From: Chloroflexota bacterium
Lineage (GTDB): Bacteria > Chloroflexota > Dehalococcoidia > UBA2979
DNA: 64,000 nucleotides
Direction: 5' to 3'
Assembly (NCBI GenBank): GCA_003228125.1
Contig: QGNP01000004.1
Location: forward strand, 4,559-68,558
In this document: one piece after another, positions 29,696-39,749 of the stretch
Layout: the number at the start of each line of letters is the position of its first letter
Position numbering within the stretch: position 1 is the first letter of the stretch
The notes under the pieces: generated by a model
Told to the model about the DNA's origin: nothing
The model's input: the letters and a program-made list of their open reading frames with translations, nothing else
Databases searched by the model: none
Made by a program: the position numbers and the translations under genes

Positions 29696-30931
29696 TTACG
29701 CTCCAATTATATATGTACCAATTTTTTTAGCATTTGGTATTGCAAAAACTTCTATCTCTATCATTAAACCATATTGAGCTAATCCACCTTGAAATGCAGT
29801 TCGGGTTGGGTATGGTGGAGTAAAATATGATTCATATATTTTATTAAATTCTTCATAGTGACGCCAATCTACAAGTGAAACAATTGATTTTACAATATCA
29901 TCTGAAGTTGATCCTAGTGTTTCTAGAGCATAAGTTATGCCATCCATAATAGCTTTAGTTTGCGCTTTAATATCACCGGGTCCAATTAATTCTCCATCAA
30001 GATCAGTAGCAACCATCCCAGAGATTGAAATAAAATCATCAGTTCTAATACCAGCACAATGGGGAGCAACTCCTGGGGTTAATCTATTATCTAAGTGAAC
30101 ATTTTTTCTATTAATATTAGTTTGGTATTGCCCTCTTATAGCTGTATCAACATATTGTTTTTTTTGATTGATAATTGCAATAACATCAAACTCTATCAAC
30201 TTGTCTGGATCTGAAAGGGTCCCTTGTATAGATGCTCTTGTTGGATAAGGCTCACCATAAAATTCTGCATAAATTGCGTTGTATTGATCAAAGTCTCTCC
30301 AATCCACAATTGTTGTGTGATTTTTAACAACATCTTTTGGCGTTGCCCCAGCCTGCTCAAGGGCAATTTTTACCCATTCCAATGCTTGTTTAGTTTGCGC
30401 TTGTATATCACCTTTTTTTACTACTTTGCCATTCTTGTCTACTCCTGCAAATCCAGATAAAAATATATAGTCACCCATTTGAATAGCTGCTGGTGCATTT
30501 GCAAAGTGAGTAAAACCAGGAATTTTAATTACCTTGATATTATTTGATGTCGTTCCAATGCAATCAATTTCTGCAAGAAATCCATTATTGATTAAGCCAT
30601 GCCCATTAACAGAGATTGCTGGCATTTTGCTGAGATGACTTTGTAAAGATGATGATAAGTTATTATATTGATCCCAGGATGATAAGTAGGCATTCATCTT
30701 TAGCAGATTTATAGCATCTGTTCCTAGTGATTTGTAGATACCTTTAAAAGTATTAAATATTTGATCGATTTGAGGAGTAAGAGTCGGCTTGCCATCTTGC
30801 ATTCCTGCGGTTGTTTTTTTTCTATTGAACCCTAGCGTTCCAGAAATAAAAATAAAGTCATTAATGCTGATAGCATTACTATAAGGACCGAGTCCGATTG
30901 GAATTTCTTTAGATTCAATAATATGAGCCAT
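29696..30931 (-). CDS. Triple-domain RidA/YjgF/UK114 family protein
   Basis: Three tandem Rid domains (GPYSNAI..FIFISG...AEIDCIG; APAAIQ..YIFLSG...YPTRAS...IEFDVIA; APHCAGI..FISISG...YPTRTA...IEIEVFA). ATG at 30931 with CAAGG SD preferred. Confidence 0.92.
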   Translation of the reverse strand: MAHIIESKEIPIGLGPYSNAISINDFIFISGTLGFNRKKTTAGMQDGKPTLTPQIDQIFNTFKGIYKSLGTDAINLLKMNAYLSSWDQYNNLSSSLQSHLSKMPAISVNGHGLINNGFLAEIDCIGTTSNNIKVIKIPGFTHFANAPAAIQMGDYIFLSGFAGVDKNGKVVKKGDIQAQTKQALEWVKIALEQAGATPKDVVKNHTTIVDWRDFDQYNAIYAEFYGEPYPTRASIQGTLSDPDKLIEFDVIAIINQKKQYVDTAIRGQYQTNINRKNVHLDNRLTPGVAPHCAGIRTDDFISISGMVATDLDGELIGPGDIKAQTKAIMDGITYALETLGSTSDDIVKSIVSLVDWRHYEEFNKIYESYFTPPYPTRTAFQGGLAQYGLMIEIEVFAIPNAKKIGTYIIGA

Positions 30932-31074
30932 AATACCTTGCATTAGTCTATGCATTTAGAGTACGTAATAGTTTTATTGCATATTTATTTTTAATTATAA
31001 TAGGATTAGATTATATATAAGAATGAGAAATATTTGTAGTTCAATAAAAAAGATATAGAAAAGAAAATTAAAAA

Positions 31075-31833
31075 ATGCTTCCTAATCCACTTTTTTTTCT
31101 TCAAGAGCAATTTGCAAATGAAGAATATCCTGGTTTTGATATTTCTATTTCAAAAAAATTATTAAGTCAGGTTAATAAAAATGAAATCACATCTTTATTA
31201 AGAATATATACAAATAATAAACAAATTGCTTTTGGACCATCAGATATTAGGAATCCAGGATATAAGAATGCAGTCAAGATAGCAAAAGAAAATAATTTTC
31301 AAGTAGTTAATCGACTCACTGGAGGCCATGCAGTTGCCTTTCATGGAGGTACATTGTCTTTTGCATTTATGATACACGATAAAGAAGCAAAATTAAAAAT
31401 GCATTATTATTTTCAACTTATCTCAACTATTTTAAAATCATCAATGGAAAGCATGGGTATTAATTGTTACATTGATGAATTAATGGGTGAATATTGCCCA
31501 GGTCAGTACAGCATTAATATAGAAAAGAAAATTAAAATTATCGGAATTGCTCAAAGAATTATGTCCAATGCAATGTACATCGGAGGCTTTATATCCGTTA
31601 ATAATGAGCTTGTTATTAAAAAAATACTTGTCCCAATTTATCATTCTTTAGGAATTGATTGGGACATAAAAACTGCTGGCAGTATTGCTAATTATATTCC
31701 TGATATCAATCATGATATTGTTATAAATGCAATCAAAAATGAGATTGGAAAAGATACTTCGATTATAGATTTTACTATGAATGATAATTTGATTAATGAT
31801 GCACGAATTGATCAAGCAACTTATATTTCATAG
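31075..31833 (+). CDS. Lipoate-protein ligase family protein, LipL-like (CPG motif)
   Basis: NRLTGGHAVAFH, GEYCPGQYSINI, KIIGIAQRI. Confidence 0.8.
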   Translation: MLPNPLFFLQEQFANEEYPGFDISISKKLLSQVNKNEITSLLRIYTNNKQIAFGPSDIRNPGYKNAVKIAKENNFQVVNRLTGGHAVAFHGGTLSFAFMIHDKEAKLKMHYYFQLISTILKSSMESMGINCYIDELMGEYCPGQYSINIEKKIKIIGIAQRIMSNAMYIGGFISVNNELVIKKILVPIYHSLGIDWDIKTAGSIANYIPDINHDIVINAIKNEIGKDTSIIDFTMNDNLINDARIDQATYIS

Positions 31834-31847
31834 ATATTTAAATTTTC

Positions 31848-32651
31848 TTAAATAAAAAATTGATTGTTTTCTAAATAGAAAATTATGATTGCGCATGCAA
31901 TTGTGACTATTGAATATTCAATTATAATAGTTAATTTTAATTTTTTATTGAGTTCGGCGCTCATTAATCCTGCAGAAAAATAAAAGAAAATAAGACCTGA
32001 TATAACTAATATTTCTTGAGATAATATAAAATATTTGATTAAGAACCAAAATTCTAAAAAGGCAACGGATATAGCTGTTACTGAAATAAAATTAGCTAGA
32101 GGTTTTCTATTAAATGCATATAGGTAATTTGTTGCAATCATAAATATGCCTATTGACAAGAATATGATTTGCTCAGTTTCTTCAATTTCATATCTCTGGA
32201 TAATAATTAGTAATAAAATTAATGTTATATATGAAAAAATTGAATTAATAAATGCAGTTATTGAACTTTGATAGTTATTTACATTAGCTAAAGTTTTGAA
32301 AGCAATTATATAAATGATGCATGGCATGCTTAGAATGAAAGATTGAAATAAACTAGCTTTTCCTAGATATGAGTATGTCAAACTTGGAGCTATTAATATA
32401 TATAAAGCAGGAATCATAGCAAAAGGCAGAAAATTTATACTATTCTTAAGATTATTATTTTTAGCAGGATCAGTTGTAATTGAAAAACCAAAACTTGTTA
32501 TTAATGCAGTGAATGGTATTAAAAAGTCTGTTCGTGGATAAAAAAATATTGACACAACAAGTAGCACAAAAATTGGCAATACAAATAATGACAATTTTAT
32601 CCAGTTGTATTTTGATTCTTCATTATTATTTTGTAAAACAGCGTTGTTCAT
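31848..32651 (-). CDS. Hypothetical polytopic membrane protein
   Basis: About 8 hydrophobic segments; C-terminal IIEY motif; no recognised catalytic motif. Confidence 0.7.
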   Translation of the reverse strand: MNNAVLQNNNEESKYNWIKLSLFVLPIFVLLVVSIFFYPRTDFLIPFTALITSFGFSITTDPAKNNNLKNSINFLPFAMIPALYILIAPSLTYSYLGKASLFQSFILSMPCIIYIIAFKTLANVNNYQSSITAFINSIFSYITLILLLIIIQRYEIEETEQIIFLSIGIFMIATNYLYAFNRKPLANFISVTAISVAFLEFWFLIKYFILSQEILVISGLIFFYFSAGLMSAELNKKLKLTIIIEYSIVTIACAIIIFYLENNQFFI

Positions 32652-32673
32652 AACTCAATTATAAAAAATTTAT

Positions 32674-33372
32674 TCATTGAGTTGTATAATTTATTAGTTC
32701 ATTCAATGAATTAATATAACTTGATGATTCAATGTTTGAATTTCTCTTTATTAAAATAGCATCCATTCCAATTTTTTTTGGCTTTTCATAGTCATTTTTT
32801 AAATTATCTCCGATAAAAAGCGTTGATTCAATTTTACTTTGTAATTGTGATAGTGCAATTTGATATATTTCAGTTGACGGTTTTCTGTATCCGACACGTG
32901 CGCTGGAGATAATTGTTTTAAAATATTTATTTATTCCTAAATTATCAACAATTACATCTAAATTCCATAGATGATTTGAAACAATGCCTAATTGATAGTT
33001 TGCAGATTTTAAATAGTTTAATGATTTAATAACATCTTCATAAAGGAAATAATATTTTGTATCAGATTCTAATTCAATAATTCTTTCAGCAATACTTTCA
33101 ATATTTTTAGACACACCAATTTTTTTTAATCTTATTGTATGTATTTTTTTCCTTAATTGATGATATGTTTTTTCATTTTTAGATTCATTAAGATGTTTAA
33201 TATCGTTACCATATGTCCAGTTGGACCATGCGCTTTCAATTTCAATACTAGTAATGTTGAAATTGAATAGTTTTGTATTTTTTTCTTTAATTGCAGATAT
33301 GTATAGTTCTTCATGAGAAGGCTTCATGTATGCTAATGTTTTATCAAAATCGAATAGAATAGTGTCTATCAT
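32674..33372 (-). CDS. HAD-superfamily hydrolase (subfamily IA)
   Basis: LFDFDKTL (DxD), GIVSN, YRKP..EIY, FIGDNLKND. Confidence 0.93.
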   Translation of the reverse strand: MIDTILFDFDKTLAYMKPSHEELYISAIKEKNTKLFNFNITSIEIESAWSNWTYGNDIKHLNESKNEKTYHQLRKKIHTIRLKKIGVSKNIESIAERIIELESDTKYYFLYEDVIKSLNYLKSANYQLGIVSNHLWNLDVIVDNLGINKYFKTIISSARVGYRKPSTEIYQIALSQLQSKIESTLFIGDNLKNDYEKPKKIGMDAILIKRNSNIESSSYINSLNELINYTTQ

Positions 33373-33398
33373 GATTGCTTTCTTGTTAATGATTATAT

Positions 33399-36300
33399 TT
33401 AATTTATAATTTCTTCAATAATTTCTTTAATTTTTTTTAATTTATTTTGATTATCATAGTTAAAATAAATACCAATCTTTTTTGTCCCTCTTTGAATTAT
33501 ATCTTTGCCATATTTTTTTTCTATTGCATTCCATAATAGTGTTTTTTTAGTTGATATAGACAGTAGATTATTTTTTAAAGATATTGATTCTATATTAGCT
33601 TTTTTTGCAGCAATATTAATAGAGCAAGATTCAAATAAATTATTAATTTCTTCAGGAGGAGTGCCAAATCTATCTTTAATTTCGTTATGTAATTTAGTCA
33701 AATGTTCGTCATTATTGCAGTAGCTTAATTTTCTATAAAATTCTAATTTAATCTCATTCTTTTTTATATAACTGTCTGGAATATAAGAACGCAATTTAGA
33801 ATCTATATTGATCTGAGTAAAGAAGTTGTCAGAATCGTATGAAATTTTGGTATTTGTTTTTTCTTTTTTAACAGATTCAGAAAGCATTTCAGTATAAAGT
33901 TCAAGTCCAATTGATGATATATGTCCGCTTTGTTCAGAACCAAGTAAATTGCCGGCACCTCTAATTTCAAGATCTTTTAATGCGACTTGAAATCCAGACC
34001 CTAATTTACTAGCATCAAAGATAGTAGATAATCTTTTACGAGCAACATTACTCAGCTTGATATCTTGTTTATAAAATAGATAAGCATGTCCTTGGTTTAC
34101 TCCACGTCCGATTCTTCCTCTAAGCTGATACAATTGGCTTAAACCAAGCATGTCAGCATTATCTACAATGATTGTATTTACATTTGGGTTATCTATCCCT
34201 GATTCTATAATTGTTGTGCATACCAATAAATCAAATTCTTTCTTAGCGAAAAGTTCCATTACTTCTTCTAATTTTTTTTCATTCATTTGCCCATGCGCAA
34301 TCTTTATCCGTGCAGCAGGTATCAGTTTTTTTAACTCTAATGCCGTACTTTCAATTGTCATCACTTTGTTATGTACAAAATATATTTGTCCGTTTCTGTT
34401 TATTTCATTAGTAATTGCTTGTTTAATTAAATTTGCTGAATATTCACTAACTATAGTTTTGATAGACATTCTTCCTTTTGGAGCACTTTCAATCATTGAT
34501 AGATCTCTTATGCCGCTAATTCCCATATACATTGTCCTTGGTATTGGCGTGGCGCTCATAATTAATGTATCAACATGCAGTTTGATTTTTTTAAGTTTTT
34601 CTTTATGAATTACACCAAATTTTTGTTCTTCATCAATAACAATAAGTCCAAGTTTTTTAAATTTAATATTTTTTGATAGTATTTTGTGAGTACCTATTAG
34701 AATATCAATTTGATTTTTTTTCAATTTTTTGATAATTGAATCAATTTCTTTTTTTTGTTTAAATCTGGAAATTGATTCAATATTAACTGGAAATGCAGCC
34801 AGTCTTTGTTTAAATGTTCTTAAATGCTGTTCGGCTAATACTGTCGTTGGTACAAGAACGGCGACTTGAAATCCATCTTGTATTGCTTTAAATGCTGCCC
34901 TAAGTGCAACTTCTGTTTTACCAAAACCAACATCACCACAAATTAATCTATCCATTGGTAATTGAGACTCCATGTCTTTTTTGACTTCAAAAATTGCTTT
35001 TTTTTGGTCACTTGTTTCTTCATATTGAAATCCAGATTCTAATTGCTTTTGCCAATCATTATCTTTTGAAAAGGCATAACCTTTGAGTTCTTTTCTTGCA
35101 GAATAAATTGATATTAATTCAGCTGCTAAAATGTTAATTGATTCACTAACTTTCTTCTTTGTATTTAGCCAACGACTCGAATTAAGCTTAGATAATTTTG
35201 GTATGTAATTTGATGAAGCAATATATTTTGTAATTTTACTGATTTGCAATATAGGTAAATAAATTTTATCTTCATCAGCATATTGAAGATGTAAGTATTC
35301 CTCGTTCTTATTTGCAACTTCTTTTTTAATAATTCCAATATATCGAGCAATTCCATAGTCTCTATGCACAATAAAGTCACCTTCTTTAATAAAATTTAAT
35401 TGCTTAATTTTCGGATTATCTATGCTTCTTTTTTCTAATTGATAGCCAAATAATTCGTTGTCAGTAATCAGATGTATATCTCTATTATCATTTGTAATTA
35501 TAAATCCATTTGTTAGAGATCCTTGCAATATTTGAATCCTAACTTTTTCTATATCGTGATTCATTTTGTTGGTCACAGTTGTTGATAATTCATTTTTGTT
35601 GATAATTTCTGATATTCTTTGTGCTTGCTGACTTACGATAAGGATTAAATCTTTTTTTAAAGTCATTGATGAAATTCTTTCTAATGATTGTTCTAGAGAA
35701 CTAGAAAAAATTACTTGGTCAACAATAGGAATTCTTATTTTCTTTTTACCATCAACAGCCCAACGATCAATATTAATTTGATTATTAAATAATTTAATTC
35801 TTTTCTTAAACTCTAGTAATTTGATATTTGGTTCAATATTTTCCTTCGATTTTTTATTAGATTTTATCAAATTATTTTTTGCTTTATCAAAAAAATCTTC
35901 ATTATCTTTAGCAGTATTCATTACTTCATTTAATTCATCTAAAACTATGGTAGAGTCTTTTTTTAAGTAATTTAGAATTGTATTTTGACTAAATTTTGTA
36001 TTTTTATGCTCAGAAATATCTTCATTTTTTGGCCATTCTCTTGCTGGGTTTATAATCACAGAATCTAATATGGCAATTGTTCTTTGGGAATCTGAATTAA
36101 AGCTTCTTATGGAATTAATGTTTTGTGTTTCAAACTCAATTCTTATAGGATTATCTGAATTTACTGGATAAATATCAACAATTCCTCCTCTCCTTACAAA
36201 TTCACCTGCTTGTATTACTATATCAGCAGAGTCGTATCCAATATTAACTAGTTGATTTACAAGTTCATTAATCTCTTGTTGATCGCCTAGTTTTAATACA

Positions 36301-36713
36301 AAACTTTTTTCTGCAAAATCTTTGTATGCTGTGGTTTTTTGTAATGCAGCATTGACTGACATTACGATAACATAATTTAAATCATTGATTAAAAAAATAT
36401 TTGATAAAGCTTTTAATCTAAGTAGCTCTATAGTTCTTGACCAATTAGATCCTTCAACTTGGAAATGATTATGTGGTTCAAAGTAGATAATTTTTTTCTT
36501 AGAGTAGAATTTTAATTGTTCAAAAGTATTTTTTGCAGTTAGATCGCTTGCAGTAATAATAATTAAATTGTTTTTATTAATTTTTTGGATCGTAGCGTAA
36601 GTGAGTGGCTTTGCATTATCTGAGACACCTATAGTGCAATTTATATTTTTTTTTAAAAACTCTTCAATAGAGGTTGAATTACTTAAGTAATTAATAAAGT
36701 AGCTCAGATCCAA
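33399..36713 (-). CDS. mfd: Transcription-repair coupling factor
   Basis: EFVRRGGIVDIY, VHRDYGIARY, MDRLICGDVGFGKTEVA, IDEEQKFG, SATPIPRT, QLYQLRGRIGR, DLEIRGAGNLLG; TTG start. Confidence 0.98.
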   Translation of the reverse strand: MDLSYFINYLSNSTSIEEFLKKNINCTIGVSDNAKPLTYATIQKINKNNLIIITASDLTAKNTFEQLKFYSKKKIIYFEPHNHFQVEGSNWSRTIELLRLKALSNIFLINDLNYVIVMSVNAALQKTTAYKDFAEKSFVLKLGDQQEINELVNQLVNIGYDSADIVIQAGEFVRRGGIVDIYPVNSDNPIRIEFETQNINSIRSFNSDSQRTIAILDSVIINPAREWPKNEDISEHKNTKFSQNTILNYLKKDSTIVLDELNEVMNTAKDNEDFFDKAKNNLIKSNKKSKENIEPNIKLLEFKKRIKLFNNQINIDRWAVDGKKKIRIPIVDQVIFSSSLEQSLERISSMTLKKDLILIVSQQAQRISEIINKNELSTTVTNKMNHDIEKVRIQILQGSLTNGFIITNDNRDIHLITDNELFGYQLEKRSIDNPKIKQLNFIKEGDFIVHRDYGIARYIGIIKKEVANKNEEYLHLQYADEDKIYLPILQISKITKYIASSNYIPKLSKLNSSRWLNTKKKVSESINILAAELISIYSARKELKGYAFSKDNDWQKQLESGFQYEETSDQKKAIFEVKKDMESQLPMDRLICGDVGFGKTEVALRAAFKAIQDGFQVAVLVPTTVLAEQHLRTFKQRLAAFPVNIESISRFKQKKEIDSIIKKLKKNQIDILIGTHKILSKNIKFKKLGLIVIDEEQKFGVIHKEKLKKIKLHVDTLIMSATPIPRTMYMGISGIRDLSMIESAPKGRMSIKTIVSEYSANLIKQAITNEINRNGQIYFVHNKVMTIESTALELKKLIPAARIKIAHGQMNEKKLEEVMELFAKKEFDLLVCTTIIESGIDNPNVNTIIVDNADMLGLSQLYQLRGRIGRGVNQGHAYLFYKQDIKLSNVARKRLSTIFDASKLGSGFQVALKDLEIRGAGNLLGSEQSGHISSIGLELYTEMLSESVKKEKTNTKISYDSDNFFTQINIDSKLRSYIPDSYIKKNEIKLEFYRKLSYCNNDEHLTKLHNEIKDRFGTPPEEINNLFESCSINIAAKKANIESISLKNNLLSISTKKTLLWNAIEKKYGKDIIQRGTKKIGIYFNYDNQNKLKKIKEIIEEIIN

Positions 36714-36731
36714 TTTTTTTCCTTACCTTAA

Positions 36732-37337
36732 CTATATTTTATGATTAAATTTATTCATTGTTATTTCAAGGCCATTGATAAGAATTGAATCTATTGCTAA
36801 TGATGCTTGGATAATAGATTGCCTTAATAGTTCTTTATCTTTTTTCTTTGGTTCACTTAATACCCATTTTGCTATTTCATCTGATTCATAAGTAGGAATT
36901 CCTTTAACTAATGGCCTGCCAATGCCAATTCTAATTTTTATAATAGGATCTTTTTTAATATGATTGAAAAGTGACTTGATACCATTATTGCCACCATGAG
37001 CTTTGCTCTGCTGAATTATAATAGAACCTAGGCTTAGATCTATATCATCTGCTAACAAGATGATATTTTGATTGATGATTTGGTTTTGCTTAATCAATTG
37101 AAAATAACCGTAACCACTGATATTGAGAAATTCCTCAGATTTCATACAGAAAATATTTATATTTTTCAAAGTGATTTTTGCAATCTGTAGTTTTTTTGAT
37201 CTTGTAAAATTTTTGCTATGATTTTTAACAAATATATCTAGTGCGCTTTGACCAGTATTATGTCTAGTATTTTGATAAATTTTTCCAGGATTACCAAGCC
37301 CAATGATTGCAAATGATTTAGTTTCTTTTTTTTCCAT
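36732..37337 (-). CDS. pth: Peptidyl-tRNA hydrolase
   Basis: IGLGNPG..Y..TRHN.G, DDIDL, GGNNGIKS, RIGIGRP. Confidence 0.95.
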   Translation of the reverse strand: MEKKETKSFAIIGLGNPGKIYQNTRHNTGQSALDIFVKNHSKNFTRSKKLQIAKITLKNINIFCMKSEEFLNISGYGYFQLIKQNQIINQNIILLADDIDLSLGSIIIQQSKAHGGNNGIKSLFNHIKKDPIIKIRIGIGRPLVKGIPTYESDEIAKWVLSEPKKKDKELLRQSIIQASLAIDSILINGLEITMNKFNHKI

Positions 37338-37433
37338 GATTATAGATTATAGATTAAAATATGCATAAATAATGTTCAATTTCTAAAACCTTTTTTTTTA
37401 TTGAATAGATATAATTTTTAATTAATTATTGGT

Positions 37434-38156
37434 ATGATAAAAACTATTATTATAGAAAGAACTACATTGAACAAAATTATCCGTACAGCAATTAAAGAGA
37501 ATCGGTTTTTATTAAATGAAGTTGAATCTAAATCTTTAATGAAATCTTTTAATATTCCTGTAGTAAAAACAGAATTGGCACAAAATGTAACTGAAGCAAA
37601 ACGCATTGCGAAAAAAATGTCTTTTCCTTTAGTTATGAAGATTGTTTCAAATGACATTTCACATAAATCAGATGTCGGAGGAGTAATTTTAGGAATTAAT
37701 AATCTTAAAGAAGTCGAATCTAATTATAATTCCATGCTGGCCAAAATTAAAAAAATAAATAGCGAGGCAAATATTTCTGGAATTTCTCTTCAGCCTATGA
37801 TTGAGGGTGGAGTTGAATTAGTAGCTGGAGTTACTAGAGACAAGCAATTTGGTCCAGTTTTAATGTTTGGATTAGGTGGCGTTTTTATTGAATTTATGAA
37901 AGATGTTTCATTTAAACTGATACCTTTAAGAAAGAAAGATGCTAAAAAAATGATTGGCGAAATTAAATCTAAAGAGATTCTTAATGGAGCCAGAGGATTT
38001 CCCAAAGTTAATATTTTAAATTTAGAAAAAATTTTATTAGATTTATCTAAATTTGTTGAAGCAAATCCAGAAATAGAAGAAGTTGACTTAAATCCAATAA
38101 TTGCTAATGAAAAGACAATAATTGCTGTCGATGCCAGAATTGTTTTAAGAAAATAG
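37434..38156 (+). CDS. Acyl-CoA synthetase (NDP-forming) beta subunit, ATP-grasp
   Basis: LNEVESK, FPLVMKIVS.DISHKSDVGGV, DKQFGPVLMFGLGG, EVDLNP, VDARI. Confidence 0.93.
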   Translation: MIKTIIIERTTLNKIIRTAIKENRFLLNEVESKSLMKSFNIPVVKTELAQNVTEAKRIAKKMSFPLVMKIVSNDISHKSDVGGVILGINNLKEVESNYNSMLAKIKKINSEANISGISLQPMIEGGVELVAGVTRDKQFGPVLMFGLGGVFIEFMKDVSFKLIPLRKKDAKKMIGEIKSKEILNGARGFPKVNILNLEKILLDLSKFVEANPEIEEVDLNPIIANEKTIIAVDARIVLRK

Positions 38157-38184
38157 GAAATATTTGTTTAAGAAAATAGGAAAT
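38144..38184 (+). repeat. Direct repeat TTTAAGAAAATAGGAAAT x2 (period 23 bp) spanning the beta-subunit stop and the alpha-subunit SD
   Basis: Copies at 38144-38161 and 38167-38184, read directly. Confidence 0.9.
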
Positions 38185-38188
38185 TATT

Positions 38189-39646
38189 GTGACAGTTAAT
38201 TTTAATCGTTTACATACAATGTTAAATCCGAAAACAGTTGTAGTTATCGGAGAAAAAGGACCAAATTATCAATTTCTTCAAGCCCAGAATAAATATTCTG
38301 GTAAATTATATTCTGTACAGATAGATGAAAAAGAGATACCTGGCATAGAATCGCTTGGTATTAAAAATTATAGATCATTAGAAGAAGTTCCTGGACATAT
38401 AGATTTATTAATTGTAGCTGTTCCAAGACAAATCGCTCCATTGATTGCCAGTCAAGCAATTCAAAGAAAAGTAAATGGTATACATTTTTTTACTGCAGGT
38501 TTTGAAGAAACTGGTGAAGAAATAGGAAATAAATTGCAAGATGATTTAATGAAAATTTTGAAAGATAATGATACTCCGGTAATTGGACCAAATTGCATGG
38601 GCATTTATAACAAAAAATTATCTTTGAGATTTCATCAAGCACAAAATTTTTCTTCTGAACATAATACATTAAAAGGTTTAAATCTCTCACTTTTATCTCA
38701 AAGTGGCACTCATGGCGTAAATGTAACAGTTGGCGCTCAAAGAAAAGGCATTAATGTTGCCCGATCGATTTCATTTGGCAATGCATTACTAGTCAATGAA
38801 TGTGATTTATTAGAATACCTTATTAACGATAAGTCTACTGACATGATTGCCTTTTATTTGGAAGGAGTTAAAGATGGTAGAAGGTTTTTAAAACTAATTA
38901 ATAGTTCCAAAAAGCCAATTATAATATGGAAGGGTGGTAGAAGTAAGGCAGGCGCTAGAGCAGTAGCATCTCATACTGCCTCAATGGCTTCAAATGCTGT
39001 TATTTGGGATCAATTAATAAAAGATGCTGGCGGCATTAGTGTTAACTCATTAGATGAATTAATTAATGTTGCTATTTTATTTAATAATCAAAAATATAGA
39101 GTGAGTAATAATTTAGCTTTAATTACTATGACAGGAGGGCAGTCTGTAGCGATTACCGATGCTTTTGAAGATCATGGTTTTATAATCCCTCAGCTAAGCA
39201 ATCGTTCATATAAGCAACTTGAAAAATTTTATAATGTGATAGGTGGTTCGTACAGAAACCCTTTTGATGCTGGAGCTACTATAAATAAAGAGATGGATAA
39301 TTTTAAGAGAATACTAGATATTATAGGAAAAGATAATAATATTAAAGGCGGCTTAGTTATTGATATTAATACGAGAATTTATACAGATAATGTAAATGAA
39401 TTTAAAAGTTTTTTGAAACTCTTAAATTCATTTAGAAACAAACACAAAATGCCAGTAATATTAGTAATTCATACATTAACCAGTACTTTGACCATGACTG
39501 ATCGTGATGATAATTCTAGAGAAAATGTCTCTGCAGAGACATCACAATTTGCTACAGATCAAGCATTTCCTGTTTTTAATAGCTTTAATGATGCAGCACG
39601 AGCAATGAGTTTAGTTGCTAGTCATAAATTAGATGCCAATATTTAA
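38189..39646 (+). CDS. Acyl-CoA synthetase (NDP-forming) alpha subunit, CoA-binding
   Basis: IGPNCMG, SQSG, SFGN, YLEG, KGGRS..GARAVASHT (phospho-His), NPFD. Confidence 0.9.
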   Translation: MTVNFNRLHTMLNPKTVVVIGEKGPNYQFLQAQNKYSGKLYSVQIDEKEIPGIESLGIKNYRSLEEVPGHIDLLIVAVPRQIAPLIASQAIQRKVNGIHFFTAGFEETGEEIGNKLQDDLMKILKDNDTPVIGPNCMGIYNKKLSLRFHQAQNFSSEHNTLKGLNLSLLSQSGTHGVNVTVGAQRKGINVARSISFGNALLVNECDLLEYLINDKSTDMIAFYLEGVKDGRRFLKLINSSKKPIIIWKGGRSKAGARAVASHTASMASNAVIWDQLIKDAGGISVNSLDELINVAILFNNQKYRVSNNLALITMTGGQSVAITDAFEDHGFIIPQLSNRSYKQLEKFYNVIGGSYRNPFDAGATINKEMDNFKRILDIIGKDNNIKGGLVIDINTRIYTDNVNEFKSFLKLLNSFRNKHKMPVILVIHTLTSTLTMTDRDDNSRENVSAETSQFATDQAFPVFNSFNDAARAMSLVASHKLDANI

Positions 39647-39749
39647 TTGAATTACTTGGTGCTACTTTTATGTTTACTAAGCTTCCATTAAATACATTTT
39701 GCATATATCCTTGAATTATTGTTATTTATATTAGTTATGGGATTAACTT

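Noticed and set aside
34150-35380. ORFs 34150-34608 (+) and 35165-35380 (-)
   Set aside because: Antisense or out-of-frame overlaps within mfd.
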